From NCBI GenBank assembly GCA_963706025.1, contig CAVPLM010000005.1, positions 800,001 through 864,000 on the forward strand: a stretch of DNA of 64,000 bases, read 5' to 3'. This document shows, one piece after another, positions 52,846-63,817 of this stretch (position 1 is the first letter of the stretch; every line of letters starts with the position of its first letter). The DNA comes from an uncultured Actinomycetes bacterium. GTDB lineage: Bacteria; Actinomycetota; Thermoleophilia; RBG-16-64-13. A program made the translations under genes and the position numbers. Under the pieces are notes generated by a model. The model saw only the letters and a program-made list of their open reading frames with translations. It was not told the origin of the DNA and made no database searches.

Positions 52846-53755
52846 ACGTCGCCATCCCATCCAAGCGCCACAGACCGGCACGTCGCGCTTCTTCCACCGC
52901 TGAACGGTATTCCGCCGCGGTCGGTGGCCGGGAGATCTCTCTGTACCTGCGGGCCTCATAGGCCGGACGGTACTGGTCCATGACGTTCACGTACGTGTCG
53001 GGCGACAGCTCCGCGGCGATGAAGCGCGCAGCCTCGGCCGTCCCGGCCAGGCCGTTGGGGAGAACGAGGTGGCGGATCAAGAGTCCCCGGCGGGCCACGC
53101 CCCGTTCGTCGAGCTCCAGGTCGCCTACCTGCCGGTGCATCTCGCGCACGGCGGCCCGGTTGTGGCCTACATAGTCGGGAACGCCGGAGAGGCGCTCGCC
53201 GACCTGCTCGTCCGCATACTTCATATCGGGCATGTAGATGTCGACCAATCCGTCAAGGAGCCGCAGAGTAGCCAGAGAATCGTAACCCCCCGTGTTGTAC
53301 ACCAGCGGCAACCGCAGGCCCTCGTCGACGGCCAGGACCAGGGCGGCGAGTATCTGCGGCACCACGTGGCTGGGTGAGACGAGGTTGATGTTCTCGCAGC
53401 CCAGATCCTGCAGTTCCAGCATCATCCGGGCGATCGCTACCGGCTTCTGCTCCCGGCCCCGGCAGAGATGGCTGAGGTCGTAGTTCTGACAGAACACGCA
53501 GGCCAGATTGCAGCCGGCGAAGAAGATCGTGCCCGAACCCCCGTGGCCCACCAGCGGCGCCTCTTCACCGTAGTGCGGGCCGGCGCTCGCGACCCGCGCG
53601 AGGGCCCCGGTCCGGCATTCACCCAACTCGCCGGCCAAGCGATCGACCCGGCAACGGCGCGGGCACAACGCGCAGCGGCGCAGCCGCACACGTGCTCGCT
53701 GCGCCCGCGCGGCAAGTTCGCCAGAGGCCGACAATCTGAGATAGGCCGGCTCCAT
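52844..53755 (-). CDS. Radical SAM protein, PflX-like
   Basis: CALCPRRC, GSGTIFF.GCNLACVFCQN, DIYMPDMKY, RHLVLP. Confidence 0.92.
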   Translation of the reverse strand: MEPAYLRLSASGELAARAQRARVRLRRCALCPRRCRVDRLAGELGECRTGALARVASAGPHYGEEAPLVGHGGSGTIFFAGCNLACVFCQNYDLSHLCRGREQKPVAIARMMLELQDLGCENINLVSPSHVVPQILAALVLAVDEGLRLPLVYNTGGYDSLATLRLLDGLVDIYMPDMKYADEQVGERLSGVPDYVGHNRAAVREMHRQVGDLELDERGVARRGLLIRHLVLPNGLAGTAEAARFIAAELSPDTYVNVMDQYRPAYEARRYREISRPPTAAEYRSAVEEARRAGLWRLDGMAT

Positions 53756-53923
53756 CTGCTCCTTCCCGGTACCGCCTGCCCCGGCGCATGTGGCAGATAC
53801 TTCAGGATAACGCTTCGGGATGGGGCGGCACGGCCGTATACTGGAGACCGACGAAAGCCGTCCGGCGCGGACCGAGTCGAGCCCGCGCCGACTCCGCCCG
53901 ACCACCAATGGAGGAGAGGCGCC

Positions 53924-54433
53924 ATGAGAGGCCTGATCGCCTATGACACCTACTACGGAAACGGAGCCCAGGTCGCGGCGGCGATCGCCGACGAACTTCG
54001 TTCGGCCGGCCATGACGTCCGCCTGCTCAACCTGCACGAGGAGAAGGCCGACACTCGTTCCCTGGCCGCGGAGACGGACTTCCTCGTCCTGGGTGGTCCG
54101 ACCCGCATGAAGCACATCGGCCGGAGGGCTAAGCGCTTCGCCAAGCACCTCGACACGAAGGACTGGGCTAACAAGCCGGCGCTGGTCTACGACACCTACG
54201 GTCCGCTCGACCCCGACCCGGCCAAGAACGAGAACAACAGCTGGCTCTATCCGGGGGGCGTCGCCGACCTGCGCGAGATCCTGATGGAGCGCAAGCTTGC
54301 GGTCGATCGCGAAGACCTCCGCTGCCTTGTGGTCGAGCAGAAAGGTCCCCTAGCCGATGGGGCGCTCGACGACGCCCGGGCGGCGGCTCGGATTTTCGCA
54401 GAAAGACTCCAGGGTTTGGTTGCCGCACCGTAA
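53924..54433 (+). CDS. Flavodoxin-domain protein
   Basis: YDTYYGNG, VLGGPT; RBS GGAGGAG. Confidence 0.8.
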   Translation: MRGLIAYDTYYGNGAQVAAAIADELRSAGHDVRLLNLHEEKADTRSLAAETDFLVLGGPTRMKHIGRRAKRFAKHLDTKDWANKPALVYDTYGPLDPDPAKNENNSWLYPGGVADLREILMERKLAVDREDLRCLVVEQKGPLADGALDDARAAARIFAERLQGLVAAP

Positions 54434-54538
54434 GAACGGGTAAAGGATTGTCTTGACGGAGACAGCGCGGCGCGCAGAAGCCAGAGCGGAGAGCCCGGCT
54501 TCGCGGTCAGGGCTGCCTGACCAACGAGAGGAGAAGCC

Positions 54539-54844
54539 ATGAAAGACGTCCATCCCTACTACGCGGACTTCAAGGTCCGCTTCCCCGAGCTGGTGGAGAA
54601 GAACGAGGCCTTGGGCCAGTACATCCATGACCAGGGCGGACCGCTTGATGAGAAGACCCGCTGGCTGATCAAGGTGGGCATATCCGCAGCCAGCCACCAC
54701 CAACGAGCGGTCGTCACCCATGTGGAGCGGGCGCGTGAAGCCGGCGCCACGGAAGAAGAGATACTGCATACGCTCCTGCTGGTGATCCCCACATGCGGGT
54801 TCCCCACATTCATGGAGGCATACCGGATGTACAAGGGGCAGTAA
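54539..54844 (+). CDS. Carboxymuconolactone decarboxylase/AhpD-like protein
   Basis: PLDEKTRWLIK, H..RAREAGATEEEI, CGFP. Confidence 0.88.
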   Translation: MKDVHPYYADFKVRFPELVEKNEALGQYIHDQGGPLDEKTRWLIKVGISAASHHQRAVVTHVERAREAGATEEEILHTLLLVIPTCGFPTFMEAYRMYKGQ

Positions 54845-54845
54845 G

Positions 54846-57800
54846 GTGACCGAAGGGCCGGGTTCCTCCGGAGGAGACTCGAAACCTAGGACCGACGATC
54901 TGCGGAGTGCTGAGGAACAAGCCGGCCCCGAGCCGGCCGATTCGGGACTCCCCGCCGCCGAGTCCGCCGATACCGCCGCCGGGTCCGCCGAGACCGCCCC
55001 GGAGTCGAGCGGCAGCGCCACCGCATCGGCCGGCGCCGCTCCGCCCGACCTCGAGTCCCGCATCCGCGAGATCGGCGAGGAGCTGTTTGCCGCGCTGGCC
55101 GAGCAAGGCCGGCTGAGCGCAGCTTCATCGTTCCTGAGCGGACGGGCGATGCAACGCCGCATCCTTGCTCGAGCCGTCGACGATCCTCATCTCAAGACCC
55201 AGCTTTTCCGCTTCGTCGATGTCTATCCCAGCCTACGCGGGTCAGGAGACGTGGTGCGGCACGTGCGCGCGTATCTCGCCGATGGGGGCGAGCTCCCCCG
55301 TCCGCTGGACCGGCTGGTGGGCACCGGCGGCCAGCGCCTCCCCACTTGGGCGGTCGCCCGGCTGACGGAGCGAGGCATGGAGCGGATGGCGAAGAGCCTC
55401 ATCCCCGGCCGTGACGCCGGTGAAGCCATCCCCACCCTCAAGCGGCTGCGCCGCCACCACACCGGGTTCACACTCGATATCCTGGGGGAAGCCTGTCTCA
55501 GCGAGGCCGAAGCCGCCGAGTATCTGCGCCGCTACCTCGACGTGCTCGACATCCTTCCTCCGCGTGCCGCCCGCTGGTCGTCCGATCCCCTCATCGACCG
55601 GGCCCCCTGGGGCGAGCAGCCAAGAGTCAACCTCTCCCTGAAGCTCACCTCGCTCTACTCCCAGATCGATCCCCTTGACTTCGAGGGCTCCCGGCAGGCC
55701 CTGGTGACCGCGCTCAGGCCGCTCTTCATCGGGGCCCGCAATCGCGGCGTCTTCGTAAATCTCGACATGGAACGCTTCGCCTTCCGCGATCTCACCTACG
55801 CAGTTTTCGCAGACCTGGTACTTGATGACGACCTGCGAGACTACCCGCACGTGGGGGTGGTAGCCCAAGCCTACCTCCGAGATAGTCAGAGCGACGTGCA
55901 AAATCTGGTCGATCTTGCCCGGGAGCGCGGGACCCCGTTCACCGTGCGTTTGGTCAAGGGCGCCTACTGGGACTACGAGACCATCATCGCCGCTCAGGAG
56001 CATTGGCCTCCTCCGGTGTTCAGCGAGAAAGCGCAGACCGACGCTCAGTTCGAGCAGCTCACGAGACTCCTCATCGACAACTGGGAGTGGACCAGACCCG
56101 CCCTCGGCACGCACAACATCCGCAGCATGGCGGCCGGCGTGGCCATGGCCGAAGCGGCGGGACTCCCCGCGGGCGCTCTCGAGCTGCAGTTCCTGCACGG
56201 GATGGCGGATTCTATCCGTCGCGCGGCCGCAGCCCAGGGTCAGCGCGTGCGCGAGTACGTGCCGGTGGGGGAATCGATCCCGGGGATGGCTTATCTCGTC
56301 CGCCGCCTGCTGGAGAACACCGCCAACGAGTCCTTCCTGCGCCTCACCTTCGTCCAGCAGAAGGACCCGGCTGCGCTCCTGGCCGCCCCCTTGGCGGGGG
56401 CGCCGGAGGCCGGAGAGCAGTCGGCGCCCGGGCCGCAGACCGTCGAAGCGGCGGCCGCGGCTCCCGCTGAAGGCGCGACCGGCGACCCCGCTCAGGCCGC
56501 CTTCGACGCCGCTCGGGCCGCGACCGAGGAGCTCTCCCCGTTCCAGAACGAGGCCCACGCCGACTTCTCCCGCCCCGAGACCCGTGCCGCCATGGAGAAG
56601 GCCTTGGCGACCATCCGCGGCAGCCTGGGCCGCGACTACGCCCTCCTCATCGGCGATGACCAGGTGCAGACCGAACGTTCGGTGATCTCGATCAACCCGG
56701 CCCGGCCGGCCGAGATAGTCGGGCGGGTAGCCGCCGCCGGCCGGGACGAGGCCGACCGAGCCCTTGACGCTGCACAGGCCGCCTTCCCGCTATGGAGAGA
56801 CACCTCCGTCGGTGAGAGAGTGGACATCCTGCTCCGCGCGGCCGCCCTCATGCGGGCCGGCCGCTTCGAACTCGCCGCCCTCGAGGTGGTGGAGGCAGGC
56901 AAACCCTGGCGCGAGGCCGACGCCGATGTCGCCGAGGCCATTGACTTCCTCGAGTACTACAGTCGCGAGATGCTGCGCCTGGCTCCCGCCCGGAACTTGA
57001 GCGATGTGCCCGGCGAAGAGGACCTCTACTTCTACGAGCCCCGGGGAGTGGCCGCGGTCATCGCCCCCTGGAACTTCCCCCTCGCCATCCCCACGGGCAT
57101 GGTGTCGGCGGCGCTGGCGGCCGGCAACACTGTGGTCTTCAAACCCGCGAGCCCCACTCCCGTCCTCGGCTACGCCCTGGTACGCATGCTGCACGAAGCC
57201 GGGGTGCCCGATGGAGCAGTGAACTACCTGCCCGGCCCTGGAGCCGAACTGGGTGAGTACCTCGCCGGCGACCCGCGCGTCGATCTCATCGCCTTCACCG
57301 GCAGTCTGGAGGTGGGCGTGTCGATGATGCAGAAAGCTGCCATGATCGCTCCCGGCCAGAGGAACATCAAGAAGGTGGTCGCCGAGCTTGGGGGCAAGAA
57401 CGCCATCATCGTCGACAACGACGCCGATCTCGATGCCGCCGTCGACGGGGTCATCGTCTCTGCCTTCCACTATGCCGGCCAGAAATGCTCGGCCTGCAGC
57501 CGGGTAGTGGTTCTCAAAGAGATCTATGACCAGTTCGCCCACCGGCTGACCCAGGCGGTAGCCAGTCTCAAAGTCGGCGACCCGTCCGATCCGGGAACGC
57601 GTGTCGGTCCAGTGATAACCGCGGAAGCGCGAGACCGGATCCTGGCCGCCGTCAGGCACGGCAAGAGCGAAGCCGAGTTGGTCTTCCCACCGGAGGGGTG
57701 GGTGATGCCCGAGACGATGCATGTCGCATCAGCCGGGGTGCCGGCTCCCACCGGCGCGGCCGCTCCGGCTGAACCCGGCCCCCAGAGCGAACCGGCACCT

Positions 57801-58265
57801 TTGGGCGAAACGGCGCCTGCGGCCGACACGGCGCCCCCAGCCGAACCCGGATACTTGATCCCACCACACCTGTTCGTGGACGTCCCTCCCGAGGCCTCCA
57901 TCGCCCAGGAAGAGATGTTCGGTCCGGTGCTGGCGGTCATGAAGGCTCAGGACTTCGGCCACGCCATCGAGCTGGCCCTGGGAGTTCGCTACGGCCTCAC
58001 CGGCGGCGTCTACTCCCGGAACCCGGCTCACATCGCCCGAGCCCAAAGGGAATTCCGGGTAGGAAACCTGTACGTCAACCGCCCGATCACCGGCGCGATG
58101 GTCGGACGCCAGCCGTTCGGGGGCTCACGTATGAGTGGCATCGGCTCCAAAGCAGGGGGGCCGGACTACCTCCTGCAGTTCCTCGAGCCGCGGACCGTCA
58201 CCGAGAACACCATCAGGCGGGGCTTCGCGCCGCCGGAGGATGTCGATGCTGGGCCGGTGACGTAA
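54846..58265 (+). CDS. putA: Bifunctional proline dehydrogenase / P5C dehydrogenase
   Basis: LFRFVD, RLVKGAYWD, YLVRRLLEN; PWNFP, ELGGKN, GQKCSACS, QPFGG. Confidence 0.95.
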   Translation: MTEGPGSSGGDSKPRTDDLRSAEEQAGPEPADSGLPAAESADTAAGSAETAPESSGSATASAGAAPPDLESRIREIGEELFAALAEQGRLSAASSFLSGRAMQRRILARAVDDPHLKTQLFRFVDVYPSLRGSGDVVRHVRAYLADGGELPRPLDRLVGTGGQRLPTWAVARLTERGMERMAKSLIPGRDAGEAIPTLKRLRRHHTGFTLDILGEACLSEAEAAEYLRRYLDVLDILPPRAARWSSDPLIDRAPWGEQPRVNLSLKLTSLYSQIDPLDFEGSRQALVTALRPLFIGARNRGVFVNLDMERFAFRDLTYAVFADLVLDDDLRDYPHVGVVAQAYLRDSQSDVQNLVDLARERGTPFTVRLVKGAYWDYETIIAAQEHWPPPVFSEKAQTDAQFEQLTRLLIDNWEWTRPALGTHNIRSMAAGVAMAEAAGLPAGALELQFLHGMADSIRRAAAAQGQRVREYVPVGESIPGMAYLVRRLLENTANESFLRLTFVQQKDPAALLAAPLAGAPEAGEQSAPGPQTVEAAAAAPAEGATGDPAQAAFDAARAATEELSPFQNEAHADFSRPETRAAMEKALATIRGSLGRDYALLIGDDQVQTERSVISINPARPAEIVGRVAAAGRDEADRALDAAQAAFPLWRDTSVGERVDILLRAAALMRAGRFELAALEVVEAGKPWREADADVAEAIDFLEYYSREMLRLAPARNLSDVPGEEDLYFYEPRGVAAVIAPWNFPLAIPTGMVSAALAAGNTVVFKPASPTPVLGYALVRMLHEAGVPDGAVNYLPGPGAELGEYLAGDPRVDLIAFTGSLEVGVSMMQKAAMIAPGQRNIKKVVAELGGKNAIIVDNDADLDAAVDGVIVSAFHYAGQKCSACSRVVVLKEIYDQFAHRLTQAVASLKVGDPSDPGTRVGPVITAEARDRILAAVRHGKSEAELVFPPEGWVMPETMHVASAGVPAPTGAAAPAEPGPQSEPAPLGETAPAADTAPPAEPGYLIPPHLFVDVPPEASIAQEEMFGPVLAVMKAQDFGHAIELALGVRYGLTGGVYSRNPAHIARAQREFRVGNLYVNRPITGAMVGRQPFGGSRMSGIGSKAGGPDYLLQFLEPRTVTENTIRRGFAPPEDVDAGPVT

Positions 58266-58287
58266 ACGGTACTCCCGTCCTCGAGGA

Positions 58288-58692
58288 TCACGCCGGCAGC
58301 CACTCGACTCCCACTACAGCCTCGACCGCGGCGAAGTCCCGGTCACCTGTCAGAACAGCGCCTTCATGCAGTTGCGCCAAAGCCGCCACCAGGGCGTCCA
58401 CGTAAGGCAACTTGTGAACGGCCTTGAGATGGGCGGCGGACAGCGCCACAGACCGATCGACGGGAAGAATCTCGATGGGCAGTTGGTCGATCGCGGCCAG
58501 CACGGCTTGAGCCGGACGGAGGCCGAGTCGGCGCTCTGTAACGTACGCCACTTCTCCCAAGTTGACGGTGGACATGAGAGCCCGCACTTTGCCCTCACCG
58601 GCAGCCTTCAGGAAGCTTGCGACGCGCTCCGCTCCGACCTCACCCTTAAGAAAGGCGATAAGAGCATGGCTGTCTATCACTAGCGTCCGCAC
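58288..58692 (-). CDS. vapC: PIN-domain toxin (VapC)
   Basis: VIDSHAL, VNLGEV, YVDA, LTGDRDF. Confidence 0.9.
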   Translation of the reverse strand: MRTLVIDSHALIAFLKGEVGAERVASFLKAAGEGKVRALMSTVNLGEVAYVTERRLGLRPAQAVLAAIDQLPIEILPVDRSVALSAAHLKAVHKLPYVDALVAALAQLHEGAVLTGDRDFAAVEAVVGVEWLPA

Positions 58693-58707
58693 GGTATTCG
58701 CCCGCCC

Positions 58708-58947
58708 CTAGTCGCGATCCTCGCGCTCGCAATCCCTCCGCCGTTCCTCCATAAGCAGCTCCGTCAGCGACTCCGACGACTTGAGCATGCCCATAGCCTC
58801 GCGCACCGGGTCCTTCATCGCCGGCACCAAGGCTAACGTACCTCCATAGTCGACAATGTTGACCGCGTCACCTGGTTTCAGCCCGTATTTCTTCCGAAGA
58901 TCCGCGGGGATCACCACCCACCCCTTGCTTGAGATCGTAAGTCGCAT
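58708..58947 (-). CDS. AbrB/MazE-family antitoxin
   Basis: ISSKGWVVIPADLRKKYGLKPGD. Confidence 0.92.
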   Translation of the reverse strand: MRLTISSKGWVVIPADLRKKYGLKPGDAVNIVDYGGTLALVPAMKDPVREAMGMLKSSESLTELLMEERRRDCEREDRD

Positions 58948-58964
58948 GCTCCGCCCCCTCGTTA

Positions 58965-58994
58965 CGTTATACATGAGCAGTTAGAAGTATAACG
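58965..58994. promoter_or_regulatory. TA operator inverted repeat overlapping -10
   Basis: CGTTATAC-N14-GTATAACG just upstream of the antitoxin. Confidence 0.7.
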
Positions 58995-59134
58995 CAGTCG
59001 CGGCAGCGGCAAAGAAACCTGCCTCGACCCTAGAGTCGCAGGCAAGGCGAACACGGATGCTCAGCCTTTGGATGGAGACTGGCAGTTCTGGCCCAACGCG
59101 CGCCGGCGGCGGTGGTCCGCCTCGCTGTGGCACC

Positions 59135-60171
59135 CTACCCGCGGCGCCGCTCGAACACCGCGCCCACAGGTCGAGGATCAGCCGGGCGCCGTGCAGAGCC
59201 GCCAGTTGTCCCGGATCGTAGAGCGGGTTCACCTCGACGAGATCCATGCCGACGATGTTGGCCCGGCCCGCCACGGCCAGAAGCAGCGTCTTGGCTTCGT
59301 AGTAGGTGAAGCCGCCCGGCTCGGGCGTGCCTGTGCCGGGCGCGACGGCCGGGTCGAGACAGTCGATGTCGAAGGTCACCCACACATCCGCTCCGGGCTC
59401 GATGTGCTCGACCAGCCGCTCTACCCCGTGCGTCACCAGTTCCTGCTTCGCCTGCTGGCACCAGACGCTCGCGACGCCTCGCTCTCGGGCCAGGGCGACG
59501 TTGTCGGCCTGAGTATGCAGTCCCCTGATGCCGTACTGGGTGACTCCCTGGATGAGCCCTTCCTCATGGGCGCGGATGATCGGACTGGCATGAGTGAAGC
59601 GCTCGCCCCCGATGTCGTCCCAATAGTCCATGTGCGCGTCGAACTGCACCAAGTGGAGCGCCCGGCGCGCCCCACTTTCCTTGTCCGCGCCGGCTTCGCT
59701 GCCGCCGAGCACGTTGCTGCCGGAGGCCTCCGGGCCGCCGGCAGCCTCCGACCGTCCCCGGATCACCCCCTGCAGGACCGGATAGGTGATGGAATGATCT
59801 CCGCCCAAGACGACCGGGAAGAGGCCGGCGCGCACGATGGCCGCGATCCTGTCGGCTATGCGTGTGTGGTTGGTGTCCGCCGAAGCGGTCGGAGCCAGAT
59901 CCACGTCCCCGGCGTCGACCAAGCGTACGCCGCCCAGCAGAGATACACCGGCTTCACCGTCCCAGTAGGGCTCGGCCCCGTCCCGATAGGCCCAGTTGGT
60001 CGAGATCGCGCGCAGGGCCCGTGGGCCCTCGCGCGCGCCGGCGCGGCCCGTTGTGCCCTCGTCGTAGGGCACGCCGACGATCACCACCTCTCCATCGGCG
60101 GCCACCGGCTCGGGGACGAAGGGCGACTTGAGGAAAGTGGCGATGCCCGCGAACGGCATGGATTCGGTCAC
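59135..60171 (-). CDS. Agmatinase/ureohydrolase-family enzyme (frameshift near 59165)
   Basis: GAREGP, GGDHSIT, FDAHMD, FDIDCLDP..APGTGTPEPGG, VEVNP. Confidence 0.9.
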
Positions 60172-60288
60172 ATCATCCTCTCAGTCTCCGCCATGTCAGC
60201 CTCGCAGTCTTCCGGATGGATCGCCCCCCTGCACGCCTGCCTCCGAGGCCCACCGCTCGAGCCTGCCTCCGACGCCCGCCGCGCCGGC

Positions 60289-61771
60289 CTACCTCATGCC
60301 CCCTCCAGAAGCATCCTGCAGGGTCTCCAGCACTCGATCGAGATTGAACGAAGCCGGCTTCTGCCTGGGCGGGAAGTCCTTGAACGACTGTATTTGCTGA
60401 GCTACGAGGGCCTGGGTTCCGTACAGCAGGTAGGCGTGATCGATCAGCCAGTCGTAGTAGGTGTTTGAGTTCTCGTCCGCCCGCTCGAAGGGATCCCGGC
60501 GTAGATGGAACATCTTGGGGACCCGGAGCGGCACGAACGGTTCGGCCCAGCAGGCAAGCTGCTTCGCCCTTTGCTCCATGAACACCAGCTTCCAATCGCC
60601 ATGCCGCACGGCGACCAACTGGCCGTCGTCGTTTATGTAGAAGAACGACTGCCGGGGGCTGTGTTCCTCCTCCCCGGTGAGATAGGGCAGCATGTTGATA
60701 CCGTCTATCCACACTTTGAAGGTCTTGTCGCCGGCCTGGTGTCCCTTAACCAGCTTCTCCCTGACGTCGGGCTCGCCCGCAGCGGCCAGCAGGGTGGGCA
60801 GCCAGTCCTGGTGGGAGACGATGCCGTTCAACGTCACACCGGCGGGGAACTCCCCGGGCCAGCGCACAAACGCGGGCACGCGCCACGCTCCCTCCCAGTT
60901 GGTGTTCTTCTCGCTGCGGAAGGGGGTGATGGCGCCATCGGGCCAGGTGTTGTAGTGGGGACCGTTGTCGGTGGAGTACATGACGATGGTGTTGTCGGCG
61001 ATGCCCAGCTCGTCCAGCTTGTCGAGCATCTTGCCCACCAGCTCGTCGTGGGCCACCATCACGTCGTTGTAGAAGCCCTGGCCGCTCTTGCCCAGGTGCT
61101 TCTCGGCCGGATGAGTGCGGAAGTGCATGGCCGTGGCGTTCCACCACAGGAAGAAAGGCTTGCCCGGACTTGCTGTTCTCTTCCATGAAGCGAAGCGCGC
61201 GTTCGGTGACCTCTTCGTCAATGGTCTCCATGCGCTTCTTCGTAAGCGGACCGGTGTCCTCGATCCGCCCGTCGGCATAGCTGTGGATGACGCCACGCGG
61301 ACCGAAATGCTCACGGAACATCGGATCCTTGGGATAGTCGGATTGCTCCGGCTCTTCCTCGGCGTTAAGGTGGTACAGGTTCCCGAAGAACTCGTCGAAC
61401 CCGTGAGCGCTGGGCAGGTACTCGTCTTTGTCTCCCAGGTGGTTCTTGCCGAACTGGCCGGTGATGTATCCCAGGGGCTTCAGGAGTTCGGCGATCGTGG
61501 GATCCTCGGGGCGCAGCCCGATGTCCGCCCCCGGCATCCCCACCTTGGTCAGACCGGTACGGATGGGGTTCTGCCCGGTGATGAAAGCCGCCCGGCCGGC
61601 AGTGCAGCTTTGCTGGCCATAGTAGTCGGTGAAGGAGAGACCTTCCTGGGCCACCCGGTCGATGTTGGGAGTCCGGTAGCCCATCTGACCCCGGTTGTTG
61701 TGGCTGATGTTCCACCAGCCGATGTCATCCCCCCACAAGATGAGGATGTTCGGTCTCTGCGTCTCGGCCAT
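60289..61771 (-). CDS. Cys-type arylsulfatase (frameshift near 61165)
   Basis: [44 protein letters not shown]. Confidence 0.93.
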
Positions 61772-61849
61772 GGGGGATCTCCTCTGCTGGTTTGCGTTCA
61801 CTCGGTCCTTCGATGCCCGCCTACGAACTTCTCCAAACCTTGCCGATCG

Positions 61850-62040
61850 GCGCCCGTTCGGGATTCTCAGCAGCCTCGTGAGCCTCGCGATTATCGCTGC
61901 TCGCGCTGGGTGGCAGTCGTGGGCTATGTGGTCGGGCTTGTGCTGGTCTTCAACTTCGGCTTCTTCGAAACCGTGACGTTTGTGTTCCCGGCATGGGTCG
62001 CCTTCCTCAGCATATATATCCTGATCAATGCCCCCGCCTC
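61850..62040 (+). pseudogene. C-terminal TM fragment of a membrane protein
   Basis: [41 protein letters not shown] with no credible start. Confidence 0.4.
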
Positions 62041-62122
62041 AATGGAACCGGACGGGAAACAACCGGCTACATCGCCGAGACGAGCCTCCAGGCGAGCGAC
62101 ATCCCAGGCTAGCTACCTCGAA

Positions 62123-63817
62123 TCACCGGCCCGCCGACTCGCCGGCCTGCCGCCGGGATATCCATTCTTCGGCCACAGCCTGGGCCTCATACAGGGATTC
62201 CCCCACCCTGTCGGTTTGCAGGAAGATATTCTTGCCCAATACCGAACTGACTATACCGGCCCGGGATACCTGCTCCCTGACCTGCGGTGCCACCTCGGCC
62301 AGCATGAGACGGCTGCCGCGCCCCACCAGATCGTCGGCGTACCGCTGGACCACCTGCATGAAGGTGCTGCCGAGCTCGGTGCGTCCCCTGAGGTTCACGA
62401 TGACCACCGCGTCGCTGGTCGCCTCATCCATCACCGGTAGCTGATCCTCAAAGACGGGGGCGGCGGCATAGAAGAGGCTTCCGTAAGGGACCAGCACGGT
62501 CACCTGTCCGGGAGGCACCGTGCTCGGAGGAGCCTGTTCCAGGGGGAGCTGGCCTTCCTTCAGCAGCCACGCCTTGATTACCACCCGGTTGGACTGCCGG
62601 ACGACGTAGAGAACGATGGAAAGGGCGACCCCCGAGAGCACCGCGTACTGCAGCGGCACCATCAGAACCAGGACGAAGGTAATCACCATGACAATCCGCT
62701 GGATGTTGCCGGTGCGCCATACAGAGAGCATGTTGCCGGGCTTGAGCGCACGGAACCCGATGATGATCAATAAGGCCGCCAGCGAGGGCATCGCCAGTCT
62801 GCCCACCGCTCCCGAGAACAGAAAGACGGTTACGGCGATTACTACCCCGGCGAAGATGTTGGCGAGGCGGGTGCGGGCTCCGGCGGCGACGACCAGGGCC
62901 GTAGCCGAGACCGACCCTCCCACCGGCATGCCCCGGAAGAAGGAGGTGGCGATGTTGGCCGCTCCCTGCCCGATGAAATCCCGCGACGGATTGGGGAACT
63001 TCCCGTCGGGGTTCACGTAGCTCTGGCTCACCCCGGCCCCCTGGATGAGTCCGATGGCGGCCAGCGAGATGGCGGGCGTGATCAAGCCCAGTACCTGCGA
63101 AAAGTCCGGCAGCACGGGCAGGGGGAACGAACCGCTAATCTCGGCGATATCGGATACCAGCGGCACCGAATCCCAGCCAAAGAGCGGCGGGAGAAGCGAG
63201 GCGACGATGATGGCCACCACCATGCCGAGGTACCGGAGCCGCGTCTTCTCCAGGACCAGGATAAGGACCAGCGCAGCCAGACCCACTACCAGCGTGGGCA
63301 GGTCCACTTGAGTGAGGTTGAAAAGGAGATCGAGCGCGCGGGCAACCCTGTTGCTGAAGTCGCTCGCATACCCGGTGAAGTCGCCCAGTTGGCCGAGGAT
63401 GATGAGCAACGCGACTCCGTTCATGAAACCGGTCATCACCGAGTTGGACACGAAACGCATGAGTCGGCCCAGCTTGAGGAAGCCGGCGACGAGCATGAGG
63501 ATCCCGGTCATGAAAGCGAGTGTGAAGACCATCCGGCTGTCGTAGCCGGGACCAGACGCGCCGGGCACGCTCGCCACCACGAGCGACAGCGCGCTGGTGG
63601 TCTGCACGCTCAGGAAGGCCGAGCTGGCGAAGAACGCTCCAACGGGCGTAGCCACCATGACTGCGTACAGGGCGTAGAGGGGATTGATCCCGGCCAACAC
63701 GCCTGAGGCGAGAGCATCGGGCACGCTCTGCACCCCCAGGACCAGACCCGACATCAGGTCCGGGCGAATGGTCCTGCGATCGATCCTGATGCGCTTGAGA
63801 GGGCCCGGCAGCCTCAT
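62123..63817 (-). CDS. SulP-family anion transporter with STAS domain
   Basis: DLMSGL, SNSVMTGF, GQGAANI, GARTRLA, YGSLFYA. Confidence 0.93.
   Translation of the reverse strand: MRLPGPLKRIRIDRRTIRPDLMSGLVLGVQSVPDALASGVLAGINPLYALYAVMVATPVGAFFASSAFLSVQTTSALSLVVASVPGASGPGYDSRMVFTLAFMTGILMLVAGFLKLGRLMRFVSNSVMTGFMNGVALLIILGQLGDFTGYASDFSNRVARALDLLFNLTQVDLPTLVVGLAALVLILVLEKTRLRYLGMVVAIIVASLLPPLFGWDSVPLVSDIAEISGSFPLPVLPDFSQVLGLITPAISLAAIGLIQGAGVSQSYVNPDGKFPNPSRDFIGQGAANIATSFFRGMPVGGSVSATALVVAAGARTRLANIFAGVVIAVTVFLFSGAVGRLAMPSLAALLIIIGFRALKPGNMLSVWRTGNIQRIVMVITFVLVLMVPLQYAVLSGVALSIVLYVVRQSNRVVIKAWLLKEGQLPLEQAPPSTVPPGQVTVLVPYGSLFYAAAPVFEDQLPVMDEATSDAVVIVNLRGRTELGSTFMQVVQRYADDLVGRGSRLMLAEVAPQVREQVSRAGIVSSVLGKNIFLQTDRVGESLYEAQAVAEEWISRRQAGESAGR

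Noticed and set aside
58980-59100. attC-like core sites near the AbrB-PIN module
   Set aside because: Wrong order of core sites and no pairing arms.
60172-60288. Guanidine riboswitch upstream of the ureohydrolase
   Set aside because: No ACGR twin loops or ykkC motifs seen; only a short CGGAGGCAGG direct repeat.
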